Shown here piece by piece: positions 23,173 to 36,900 of a DNA stretch of 64,000 nucleotides; position 1 is the stretch's first letter, and each line of letters opens with the position of its first letter. Under the pieces are notes generated by a model. The model did not search any database, had not been told where the DNA came from, and worked only from the letters and a program-made list of their open reading frames with translations. The stretch spans positions 16,678,001-16,742,000 of the forward strand of contig OZ059900.1 of NCBI GenBank assembly GCA_964057225.1. The letters run 5' to 3'. Source of the stretch: Auanema rhodensis (Eukaryota; Animalia; Nematoda). A program made the position numbers and the translations under genes.

Positions 23173-26100
23173 TTGATTAAATCGATTTTTGTTCATATGA
23201 GTCGTCAAATGCAACGAATTTCAGCGTGTTACATACTAAAATGAAGCATTTTACATGCTGAACACTAGAAAAATACAAAAACACAGTATTTCCCATGAGA
23301 AATATTTTATTATGCTGGAAAACCAGTTTTTGGAAATTTCGCTGTAAACAAGGTTTTGACTTACGATTTCATGTGTTCAAACTCATGCAAGGTCAATGAA
23401 ACCTAGCTCAAAATTGTTCGTACAACGTCTAGTTCCACTTTCACGACAAAAAAACAGGGGTTAGAAAATTAAGGAAATTAGCATATTCTGAGGGCACGCC
23501 CCTTATGGCTAATATTGATTAAATCGATTTTTGTTCATATGAGTCGTCAAATGCAACGAATTTCAGCGTGTTACATACTAAAATGAAGCATTTTACATGC
23601 TGAACACTAGAAGAATACAAAAACACAGTATTTCCCATGAGAAATATTTTATTATGCTGGAAAACCAGTTTGTGGAAATTTCGCTGTAAACAAGGTTTTG
23701 ACTTACGATTTCATGTGTTCAAACTCATGCAATGTCAATGAAACCTAGCTCAAAATTGTTCGTACAACGTCTAGTTCCACTTTCACGACAAAAAAACAGG
23801 GGTTAGAAAATTAAGGAAATTAGCATATTCTGAGGGCACGCCCCTTATGGCTAATATTGATTAAATCGATTTTTGTTCATATGAGTCGTCAAATGCAACG
23901 AATTTCAGCGTGTTACATACTAAAATGAAGCATTTTACATGCTGAACACTAGAAAAATACAAAAACACAGTATTTCCCATGAGAAATATTTTATCATGCT
24001 GGAAAACCAGTTTTTGGAAATTTCGCTGTAAACAAGGTTTTGACTTACGATTTCATGTGTTCAAACTCATGCAATGTCAATGAAACCTAGCTCAAAATTG
24101 TTTGTACAACGTCTAGTTCCACTTTCACGACAAAAAAACAAGGGTTAGAAAATTAAGGAAATTAGCATATTCTGAGGGCACGCCCCTTATGGCTAATATT
24201 GATTAAATCGATTTTTGTTCATATGAGTCGTCAAATGCAACGAATTTCAGCGTGTTACATACTAAAATGAAGCATTTTACATGCTGAACACTAGAAAAAT
24301 ACAAAAACACAGTATTTCCCATGAGAAATATTTTATTATGCTGGAAAACCAGTTTTTGGAAATTTCGCTGTAAACAAGGTTTTGACTTACGATTTCATGT
24401 GTTCAAACTCATGCAATGTCAATGAAACCTAGGTCAAAATTGTTCGTACAACGTCTAGTTCCACTTTCACGACAAAAAAACAGGGGTTAGAAAATTAAGG
24501 AAATTAGCATATTCTGAGGGCACGCCCCTTATGGCTAATATTGATTAAATCGATTTTTGTTCATATGAGTCGTCAAATGCAACGAATTTCAGCGTGTTAC
24601 ACACTAAAATGAAGCATTTCACATGCTGAACACTAGAAGAATACAAAAACACAGTATTTCCCATGAGAAATATTTTATTATGCTGGAAAACCAGTTTTTG
24701 GAAATTTCGCTGTAAACAAGGTTTTGACTTACGATTTCATGTGTTCAAACTCATGCAATGTCAATGAAACCTAGCTCAAAATTGTTCGTACAACGTCTAG
24801 TTCCACTTTCACGACAAAAAAACAGGGGTTAGAAAATTAAGGAAATTAGCATATTCTGAGGGCACGCCCCTTATGGCTAATATTGATTAAATCGATTTTT
24901 GTTCATATGAGTCGTCAAATGCAACGAATTTCAGCGTGTTACATACTAAAATGAAGCATTTTACATGCTGAACACTAGAAAAATACAAAAACACAGTATT
25001 TCCCATGAGAAATATTTTATCATGCTGGAAAACCAGTTTTTGGAAATTTCGCTGTAAACAAGGTTTTGACTTACGATTTCATGTGTTCAAACTCATGCAA
25101 TGTCAATGAAACCTAGCTCAAAATTGTTTGTACAACGTCTAGTTCCACTTTCACGACAAAAAAACAAGGGTTAGAAAATTAAGGAAATTAGCATATTCTG
25201 AGGGCACGCCCCTTATGGCTAATATTGATTAAATCGATTTTTGTTCATATGAGTCGTCAAATGCAACGAATTTCAGCGTGTTACATACTAAAATGAAGCA
25301 TTTTACATGCTGAACACTAGAAAAATACAAAAACACAGTATTTCCCATGAGAAATATTTTATTATGCTGGAAAACCAGTTTTTGGAAATTTCGCTGTAAA
25401 CAAGGTTTTGACTTACGATTTCATGTGTTCAAACTCATGCAATGTCAATGAAACCTAGCTCAAAATTGTTCGTACAACGTCTAGTTCCACTTTCACGACA
25501 AAAAAACAGGGGTTAGAAAATTAAGGAAATTAGCATATTCTGAGGGCACGCCCCTTATGGCTAATATTGATTAAATCGATTTTTGTTCATATGAGTCGTC
25601 AAATGCAACGAATTTCAGCGTGTTACACACTAAAATGAAGCATTTCACATGCTGAACACTAGAAGAATACAAAAACACAGTATTTCCCATGAGAAATATT
25701 TTATTATGCTGGAAAACCAGTTTTTCGAAATTTCGCTGTAAACAAGGTTTTGACTTACGATTTCATGTGTTCAAACTCATGCAATGTCAATGAAACCTAG
25801 CTCAAAATTGTTCGTACAACGTCTAGTTCCACTTTCACAACAAAAAAACAAGGGTTAGAAAATTAAGGAAATTAGCATATTCTGAGGGCACGCCCCTTAT
25901 GGCTAATATTGATTAAATCGATTTTTGTTCATATGAGTCGTCAAATGCAACGAATTTCAGCGTGTTACATACTAAAATGAAGCATTTTACATGCTGAACA
26001 CTAGAAAAATACAAAAACACAGTATTTCCCATGAGAAATATTTTATTATGCTGGAAAACCAGTTTTTGGAAATTTCGCTGTAAACAAGGTTTTGACTTAC

Positions 26101-27960
26101 GATTTCATGTGTTCAAACTCATGCAATGTCAATGAAACCTAGCTCAAAATTGTTCGTACAACGTCTAGTTCCACTTTCACGACAAAAAAACAGGGGTTAG
26201 AAAATTAAGGAAATTAGCATATTCTGGGGGTACGCCCCTTATGGCTAATATTGATTAAATCGATTTTTGTTCATATGAGTCGTCAAATGCAACGAATTTC
26301 AGCGTGTTACATACTAAAATGAAGCATTTTACATGCTGAACACTAGAAAAATACAAAAACACAGTATTTCCCATGAGAAATATTTTATTATGCTGGAAAA
26401 CCAGTTTTTGGAAATTTCGCTGTAAACAAGGTTTTGACTTACGATTTCATGTGTTCAAACTCATGCAATGTCAATGAAACCTAGGTCAAAATTGTTCGTA
26501 CAACGTCTAGTTCCACTTTCACGACAAAAAAACAGGGGTTAGAAAATTAAGGAAATTAGCATATTCTGAGGGCACGCCCCTTATGGCTAATATTGATTAA
26601 ATCGATTTTTGTTCATATGAGTCGTCAAATGCAACGAATTTCAGCGTGTTACACACTAAAATGAAGCATTTCACATGCTGAACACTAGAAGAATACAAAA
26701 ACACAGTATTTCCCATGAGAAATATTTTATTATGCTGGAAAACCAGTTTTTCGAAATTTCGCTGTAAACAAGGTTTTGACTTACGATTTCATGTGTTCAA
26801 ACTCATGCAATGTCAATGAAACCTAGCTCAAAATTGTTCGTACAACGTCTAGTTCCACTTTCACAACAAAAAAACAAGGGTTAGAAAATTAAGGAAATTA
26901 GCATATTCTGAGGGCACGCCCCTTATGGCTAATATTGATTAAATCGATTTTTGTTCATATGAGTCGTCAAATGCAACGAATTTCAGCGTGTTACATACTA
27001 AAATGAAGCATTTTACATGCTGAACACTAGAAAAATACAAAAACACAGTATTTCCCATGAGAAATATTTTATTATGCTGGAAAACCAGTTTTTGGAAATT
27101 TCGCTGTAAACAAGGTTTTGACTTACGATTTCATGTGTTCAAACTCATGCAATGTCAATGAAACCTAGCTCAAAATTGTTCGTACAACGTCTAGTTCCAC
27201 TTTCACGACAAAAAAACAGGGGTTAGAAAATTAAGGAAATTAGCATATTCTGGGGGTACGCCCCTTATGGCTAATATTGATTAAATCGATTTTTGTTCAT
27301 ATGAGTCGTCAAATGCAACGAATTTCAGCGTGTTACATACTAAAATGAAGCATTTTACATGCTGAACACTAGAAGAATACAAAAACACAGTATTTCCCAT
27401 GAGAAATATTTTATTATGCTGGAAAACCAGTTTGTGGAAATTTCGCTGTAAACAAGGTTTTGACTTACGATTTCATGTGTTCAAACTCATGCAATGTCAA
27501 TGAAACCTAGCTCAAAATTGTTCGTACAACGTCTAGTTCCACTTTCACGACAAAAAAACAGGGGTTAGAAAATTAAGGAAATTAGCATATTCTGAGGGCA
27601 CGCCCCTTATGGCTAATATTGATTAAATCGATTTTTGTTCATATGAGTCGTCAAATGCAACGAATTTCAGCGTGTTACATACTAAAATGAAGCATTTTAC
27701 ATGCTGAACACTAGAAAAATACAAAAACACAGTATTTCCCATGAGAAATATTTTATCATGCTGGAAAACCAGTTTTTGGAAATTTCGCTGTAAACAAGGT
27801 TTTGACTTACGATTTCATGTGTTCAAACTCATGCAATGTCAATGAAACCTAGGTCAAAATTGTTCGTACAACGTCTAGTTCCACTTTCACGACAAAAAAA
27901 CAGGGGTTAGAAAATTAAGGAAATTAGCATATTCTGAGGGCACGCCCCTTATGTCTAATA

Positions 27961-30900
27961 TTGATTAAATCGATTTTTGTTCATATGAGTCGTCAAATGC
28001 AACGAATTTCAGCGTGTTACACACTAAAATGAAGCATTTCACATGCTGAACACTAGAAGAATACAAAAACACAGTATTTCCCATGAGAAATATTTTATTA
28101 TGCTGGAAAACCAGTTTTTCGAAATTTCGCTGTAAACAAGGTTTTGACTTACGATTTCATGTGTTCAAACTCATGCAATGTCAATGAAACCTAGCTCAAA
28201 ATTGTTCGTACAACGTCTAGTTCCACTTTCACAACAAAAAAACAAGGGTTAGAAAATTAAGGAAATTAGCATATTCTGAGGGCACGCCCCTTATGGCTAA
28301 TATTGATTAAATCGATTTTTGTTCATATGAGTCGTCAAATGCAACGAATTTCAGCGTGTTACATACTAAAATGAAGCATTTTACATGCTGAACACTAGAA
28401 AAATACAAAAACACAGTATTTCCCATGAGAAATATTTTATTATGCTGGAAAACCAGTTTTTGGAAATTTCGCTGTAAACAAGGTTTTGACTTACGATTTC
28501 ATGTGTTCAAACTCATGCAATGTCAATGAAACCTAGCTCAAAATTGTTCGTACAACGTCTAGTTCCACTTTCACGACAAAAAAACAGGGGTTAGAAAATT
28601 AAGGAAATTAGCATATTCTGGGGGTACGCCCCTTATGGCTAATATTGATTAAATCGATTTTTGTTCATATGAGTCGTCAAATGCAACGAATTTCAGCGTG
28701 TTACATACTAAAATGAAGCATTTTACATGCTGAACACTAGAAAAATACAAAAACACAGTATTTCCCATGAGAAATATTTTATTATGCTGGAAAACCAGTT
28801 TTTGGAAATTTCGCTGTAAACAAGGTTTTGACTTACGATTTCATGTGTTCAAACTCATGCAATGTCAATGAAACCTAGGTCAAAATTGTTCGTACAACGT
28901 CTAGTTCCACTTTCACGACAAAAAAACAGGGGTTAGAAAATTAAGGAAATTAGCATATTCTGAGGGCACGCCCCTTATGGCTAATATTGATTAAATCGAT
29001 TTTTGTTCATATGAGTCGTCAAATGCAACGAATTTCAGCGTGTTACACACTAAAATGAAGCATTTCACATGCTGAACACTAGAAGAATACAAAAACACAG
29101 TATTTCCCATGAGAAATATTTTATTATGCTGGAAAACCAGTTTTTGGAAATTTCGCTGTAAACAAGGTTTTGACTTACGATTTCATGTGTTCAAACTCAT
29201 GCAATGTCAATGAAACCTAGCTCAAAATTGTTCGTACAACGTCTAGTTCCACTTTCACGACAAAAAAACAGGGGTTAGAAAATTAAGGAAATTAGCATAT
29301 TCTGAGGGCACGCCCCTTATGGCTAATATTGATTAAATCGATTTTTGTTCATATGAGTCGTCAAATGCAACGAATTTCAGCGTGTTACACACTAAAATGA
29401 AGCATTTCACATGCTGAACACTAGAAGAATACAAAAACACAGTATTTCCCATGAGAAATATTTTATTATGCTGGAAAACCAGTTTTTCGAAATTTCGCTG
29501 TAAACAAGGTTTTGACTTACGATTTCATGTGTTCAAACTCATGCAATGTCAATGAAACCTAGCTCAAAATTGTTCGTACAACGTCTAGTTCCACTTTCAC
29601 AACAAAAAAACAAGGGTTAGAAAATTAAGGAAATTAGCATATTCTGAGGGCACGCCCCTTATGGCTAATATTGATTAAATCGATTTTTGTTCATATGAGT
29701 CGTCAAATGCAACGAATTTCAGCGTGTTACATACTAAAATGAAGCATTTTACATGCTGAACACTAGAAAAATACAAAAACACAGTATTTCCCATGAGAAA
29801 TATTTTATTATGCTGGAAAACCAGTTTTTGGAAATTTCGCTGTAAACAAGGTTTTGACTTACGATTTCATGTGTTCAAACTCATGCAATGTCAATGAAAC
29901 CTAGCTCAAAATTGTTCGTACAACGTCTAGTTCCACTTTCACGACAAAAAAACAGGGGTTAGAAAATTAAGGAAATTAGCATATTCTGGGGGTACGCCCC
30001 TTATGGCTAATATTGATTAAATCGATTTTTGTTCATATGAGTCGTCAAATGCAACGAATTTCAGCGTGTTACATACTAAAATGAAGCATTTCACATGCTG
30101 AACACTAGAAGAATACAAAAACACAGTATTTCCCATGAGAAATATTTTATTATGCTGGAAAACCAGTTTGTGGAAATTTCGCTGTAAACAAGGTTTTGAC
30201 TTACGATTTCATGTGTTCAAACTCATGCAATGTCAATGAAACCTAGCTCAAAATTGTTCGTACAACGTCTAGTTCCACTTTCACGACAAAAAAACAGGGG
30301 TTAGAAAATTAAGGAAATTAGCATATTCTGAGGGCACGCCCCTTATGGCTAATATTGATTAAATCGATTTTTGTTCATATGAGTCGTCAAATGCAACGAA
30401 TTTCAGCGTGTTACATACTAAAATGAAGCATTTTACATGCTGAACACTAGAAAAATACAAAAACACAGTATTTCCCATGAGAAATATTTTATCATGCTGG
30501 AAAACCAGTTTTTGGAAATTTCGCTGTAAACAAGGTTTTGACTTACGATTTCATGTGTTCAAACTCATGCAATGTCAATGAAACCTAGCTCAAAATTGTT
30601 TGTACAACGTCTAGTTCCACTTTCACGACAAAAAAACAAGGGTTAGAAAATTAAGGAAATTAGCATATTCTGAGGGCACGCCCCTTATGGCTAATATTGA
30701 TTAAATCGATTTTTGTTTATATGAGTCGTCAAATGCAACGAATTTCAGCGTGTTACATACTAAAATGAAGCATTTTACATGCTGAACACTAGAAAAATAC
30801 AAAAACACAGTATTTCCCATGAGAAATATTTTATTATGCTGGAAAACCAGTTTTTGGAAATTTCGCTGTAAACAAGGTTTTGACTTACGATTTCATGTGT

Positions 30901-33900
30901 TCAAACTCATGCAATGTCAATGAAACCTAGCTCAAAATTGTTCGTACAACGTCTAGTTCCACTTTCACGACAAAAAAACAGGGGTTAGAAAATTAAGGAA
31001 ATTAGCATATTCTGAGGGCACGCCCCTTATGGCTAATATTGATTAAATCGATTTTTGTTCATATGAGTCGTCAAATGCAACGAATTTCAGCGTGTTACAC
31101 ACTAAAATGAAGCATTTCACATGCTGAACACTAGAAGAATACAAAAACACAGTATTTCCCATGAGAAATATTTTATTATGCTGGAAAACCAGTTTTTCGA
31201 AATTTCGCTGTAAACAAGGTTTTGACTTACGATTTCATGTGTTCAAACTCATGCAATGTCAATGAAACCTAGCTCAAAATTGTTCGTACAACGTCTAGTT
31301 CCACTTTCACGACAAAAAAACAAGGGTTAGAAAATTAAGGAAATTAGCATATTCTGAGGGCACGCCCCTTATGGCTAATATTGATTAAATCGATTTTTGT
31401 TCATATGAGTCGTAAAATGCAACGAATTTCAGCGTGTTACATACTAAAATGAAGCATTTTACATGCTGAACACTAGAAAAATACAAAAACACAGTATTTC
31501 CCATGAGAAATATTTTATTATGCTGGAAAACCAGTTTTTGGAAATTTCGCTGTAAACAAGGTTTTGACTTACGATTTCATGTGTTCAAACTCATGCAATG
31601 TCAATGAAACCTAGCTCAAAATTGTTCGTACAACGTCTAGTTCCACTTTCACGACAAAAAAACAGGGGTTAGAAAATTAAGGAAATTAGCATATTCTGAG
31701 GGCACGCCCCTTATGGCTAATATTGATAAAATCGATTTTTGTTCATATGAGTCGTCAAATGCAACGAATTTCAGCGTGTTACATACTAAAATGAAGCATT
31801 TTACATGCTGAACACTAGAAGAATACAAAAACACAGTATTTCCCATGAGAAATATTTTATTATGCTGGAAAACCAGTTTGTGGAAATTTCGCTGTAAACA
31901 AGGTTTTGACTTACGATTTCATGTGTTCAAACTCATGCAATGTCAATGAAACCTAGCTCAAAATTGTTCGTACAACGTCTAGTTCCACTTTCACGACAAA
32001 AAAACAGGGGTTAGAAAATTAAGGAAATTAGCATATTCTGAGGGCACGCCCCTTATGGCTAATATTGATTAAATCGATTTTTTTTCATATGAGTCGTCAA
32101 ATGCAACGAATTTCAGCGAGTTACACACTAAAATGAAGCATTTCACATGCTGAACACTAGAAGAATACAAAAACACAGTATTTCCCATGAGAAATATTTT
32201 ATTATGCTGGAAAACCAGTTTTTCGAAATTTCGCTGTAAACAAGGTTTTGACTTACGATTTCATGTGTTCAAACTCATGCAATGTCAATGAAACCTAGCT
32301 CAAAATTGTTCGTACAACGTCTAGTTCCACTTTCACGACAAAAAAACAGGGGTTAGAAAATTAAGGAAATTAGCATATTCTGAGGGCACGCCCCTTATGG
32401 CTAATATTGATTAAATCGATTTTTGTTCATATGAGTCGTCAAATGCAACGAATTTCAGCGTGTTACAAACTAAAATGAAGCATTTTACATGCTGAACACT
32501 AGAAAAATACAAAAACACAGTATTTCCCATGAGAAATATTTTATTATGCTGGAAAACCAGTTTTTGGAAATTTCGCTGTAAACAAGGTTTTGACTTACGA
32601 TTTCATGGGTTCAAACTCATGCAATGTCAATGAAACCTAGCTCAAAATTGTTCGTACAACGTCTAGTTCCACTTTCACGACAAAAAAACAGGGGTTAGAA
32701 AATTAAGGAAATTAGCATATTCTGAGGGCACGCCCCTTATGGCTAATATTGATTAAATCGATTTTTGTTCATATGAGTCGTCAAATGCAACGAATTTCAG
32801 CGTGTTACATACTAAAATGAAGCATTTTACATGCTGAACACTAGAAAAATACAAAAACACAGTATTTCCCATGAGAAATATTTTATCATGCTGGAAAACC
32901 AGTTTTTGGAAATTTCGCTGTAAACAAGGTTTTGACTTACGATTTCATGTGTTCAAACTCATGCAATGTCAATGAAACCTAGCTCAAAATTGTTCGTACA
33001 ACGTCTAGTTCCACTTTCACGACAAAAAAACAGGGGTTAGAAAATTAAGGAAATTAGCATATTCTGAGGGCACGCCCCTTATGGCTAATATTGATTAAAT
33101 CGATTTTTGTTCATATGAGTCGTCAAATGCAACGAATTTCAGCGTGTTACACACTAAAATGAAGCATTTCACATGCTGAACACTAGAAGAATACAAAAAC
33201 ACAGTATTTCCCATGAGAAATATTTTATTATGCTGGAAAACCAGTTTTTCGAAATTTCGCTGTAAACAAGGTTTTGACTTACGATTTCATGTGTTCAAAC
33301 TCATGCAATGTCAATGAAACCTAGCTCAAAATTGTTCGTACAACGTCTAGTTCCACTTTCACAACAAAAAAACAAGGGTTAGAAAATTAAGGAAATTAGC
33401 ATATTCTGAGGGCACGCCCCTTATGGCTAATATTGATTAAATCGATTTTTGTTCATATGAGTCGTCAAATGCAACGAATTTCAGCGTGTTACATACTAAA
33501 ATGAAGCATTTTACATGCTGAACACTAGAAAAATACAAAAACACAGTATTTCCCATGAGAAATATTTTATTATGCTGGAAAACCAGTTTTTGGAAATTTC
33601 GCTGTAAACAAGGTTTTGACTTACGATTTCATGTGTTCAAACTCATGCAATGTCAATGAAACCTAGCTCAAAATTGTTCGTACAACGTCTAGTTCCACTT
33701 TCACGACAAAAAAACAGGGGTTAGAAAATTAAGGAAATTAGCATATTCTGGGGGTACGCCCCTTATGGCTAATATTGATTAAATCGATTTTTGTTCATAT
33801 GAGTCGTCAAATGCAACGAATTTCAGCGTGTTACATACTAAAATGAAGCATTTTACATGCTGAACACTAGAAAAATACAAAAACACAGTATTTCCCATGA

Positions 33901-36900
33901 GAAATATTTTATTATGCTGGAAAACCAGTTTTTGGAAATTTCGCTGTAAACAAGGTTTTGACTTACGATTTCATGTGTTCAAACTCATGCAATGTCAATG
34001 AAACCTAGGTCAAAATTGTTCGTACAACGTCTAGTTCCACTTTCACGACAAAAAAACAGGGGTTAGAAAATTAAGGAAATTAGCATATTCTGAGGGCACG
34101 CCCCTTATGGCTAATATTGATTAAATCGATTTTTGTTCATATGAGTCGTCAAATGCAACGAATTTCAGCGTGTTACACACTAAAATGAAGCATTTCACAT
34201 GCTGAACACTAGAAGAATACAAAAACACAGTATTTCCCATGAGAAATATTTTATTATGCTGGAAAACCAGTTTTTGGAAATTTCGCTGTAAACAAGGTTT
34301 TGACTTACGATTTCATGTGTTCAAACTCATGCAATGTCAATGAAACCTAGCTCAAAATTGTTCGTACAACGTCTAGTTCCACTTTCACGACAAAAAAACA
34401 GGGGTTAGAAAATTAAGGAAATTAGCATATTCTGAGGGCACGCCCCTTATGGCTAATATTGATTAAATCGATTTTTGTTCATATGAGTCGTCAAATGCAA
34501 CGAATTTCAGCGTGTTACACACTAAAATGAAGCATTTCACATGCTGAACACTAGAAGAATACAAAAACACAGTATTTCCCATGAGAAATATTTTATTATG
34601 CTGGAAAACCAGTTTTTCGAAATTTCGCTGTAAACAAGGTTTTGACTTACGATTTCATGTGTTCAAACTCATGCAATGTCAATGAAACCTAGCTCAAAAT
34701 TGTTCGTACAACGTCTAGTTCCACTTTCACAACAAAAAAACAAGGGTTAGAAAATTAAGGAAATTAGCATATTCTGAGGGCACGCCCCTTATGGCTAATA
34801 TTGATTAAATCGATTTTTGTTCATATGAGTCGTCAAATGCAACGAATTTCAGCGTGTTACATACTAAAATGAAGCATTTTACATGCTGAACACTAGAAAA
34901 ATACAAAAACACAGTATTTCCCATGAGAAATATTTTATTATGCTGGAAAACCAGTTTTTGGAAATTTCGCTGTAAACAAGGTTTTGACTTACGATTTCAT
35001 GTGTTCAAACTCATGCAATGTCAATGAAACCTAGCTCAAAATTGTTCGTACAACGTCTAGTTCCACTTTCACGACAAAAAAACAGGGGTTAGAAAATTAA
35101 GGAAATTAGCATATTCTGGGGGTACGCCCCTTATGGCTAATATTGATTAAATCGATTTTTGTTCATATGAGTCGTCAAATGCAACGAATTTCAGCGTGTT
35201 ACATACTAAAATGAAGCATTTTACATGCTGAACACTAGAAGAATACAAAAACACAGTATTTCCCATGAGAAATATTTTATTATGCTGGAAAACCAGTTTG
35301 TGGAAATTTCGCTGTAAACAAGGTTTTGACTTACGATTTCATGTGTTCAAACTCATGCAATGTCAATGAAACCTAGCTCAAAATTGTTCGTACAACGTCT
35401 AGTTCCACTTTCACGACAAAAAAACAGGGGTTAGAAAATTAAGGAAATTAGCATATTCTGAGGGCACGCCCCTTATGGCTAATATTGATTAAATCGATTT
35501 TTGTTCATATGAGTCGTCAAATGCAACGAATTTCAGCGTGTTACATACTAAAATGAAGCATTTTACATGCTGAACACTAGAAAAATACAAAAACACAGTA
35601 TTTCCCATGAGAAATATTTTATCATGCTGGAAAACCAGTTTTTGGAAATTTCGCTGTAAACAAGGTTTTGACTTACGATTTCATGTGTTCAAACTCATGC
35701 AATGTCAATGAAACCTAGCTCAAAATTGTTTGTACAACGTCTAGTTCCACTTTCACGACAAAAAAACAAGGGTTAGAAAATTAAGGAAATTAGCATATTC
35801 TGAGGGCACGCCCCTTATGGCTAATATTGATTAAATCGATTTTTGTTTATATGAGTCGTCAAATGCAACGAATTTCAGCGTGTTACATACTAAAATGAAG
35901 CATTTTACATGCTGAACACTAGAAAAATACAAAAACACAGTATTTCCCATGAGAAATATTTTATTATGCTGGAAAACCAGTTTTTGGAAATTTCGCTGTA
36001 AACAAGGTTTTGACTTACGATTTCATGTGTTCAAACTCATGCAATGTCAATGAAACCTAGCTCAAAATTGTTCGTACAACGTCTAGTTCCACTTTCACGA
36101 CAAAAAAACAGGGGTTAGAAAATTAAGGAAATTAGCATATTCTGAGGGCACGCCCCTTATGGCTAATATTGATTAAATCGATTTTTGTTCATATGAGTCG
36201 TCAAATGCAACGAATTTCAGCGTGTTACACACTAAAATGAAGCATTTCACATGCTGAACACTAGAAGAATACAAAAACACAGTATTTCCCATGAGAAATA
36301 TTTTATTATGCTGGAAAACCAGTTTTTCGAAATTTCGCTGTAAACAAGGTTTTGACTTACGATTTCATGTGTTCAAACTCATGCAATGTCAATGAAACCT
36401 AGCTCAAAATTGTTCGTACAACGTCTAGTTCCACTTTCACGACAAAAAAACAAGGGTTAGAAAATTAAGGAAATTAGCATATTCTGAGGGCACGCCCCTT
36501 ATGGCTAATATTGATTAAATCGATTTTTGTTCATATGAGTCGTAAAATGCAACGAATTTCAGCGTGTTACATACTAAAATGAAGCATTTTACATGCTGAA
36601 CACTAGAAAAATACAAAAACACAGTATTTCCCATGAGAAATATTTTATTATGCTGGAAAACCAGTTTTTGGAAATTTCGCTGTAAACAAGGTTTTGACTT
36701 ACGATTTCATGTGTTCAAACTCATGCAATGTCAATGAAACCTAGCTCAAAATTGTTCGTACAACGTCTAGTTCCACTTTCACGACAAAAAAACAGGGGTT
36801 AGAAAATTAAGGAAATTAGCATATTCTGAGGGCACGCCCCTTATGGCTAATATTGATAAAATCGATTTTTGTTCATATGAGTCGTCAAATGCAACGAATT

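Noticed and set aside
31649-31846. 65-aa minus-strand ORF
   Set aside because: Created by T6A removing a TAA stop in a satellite monomer; a chance reading frame.
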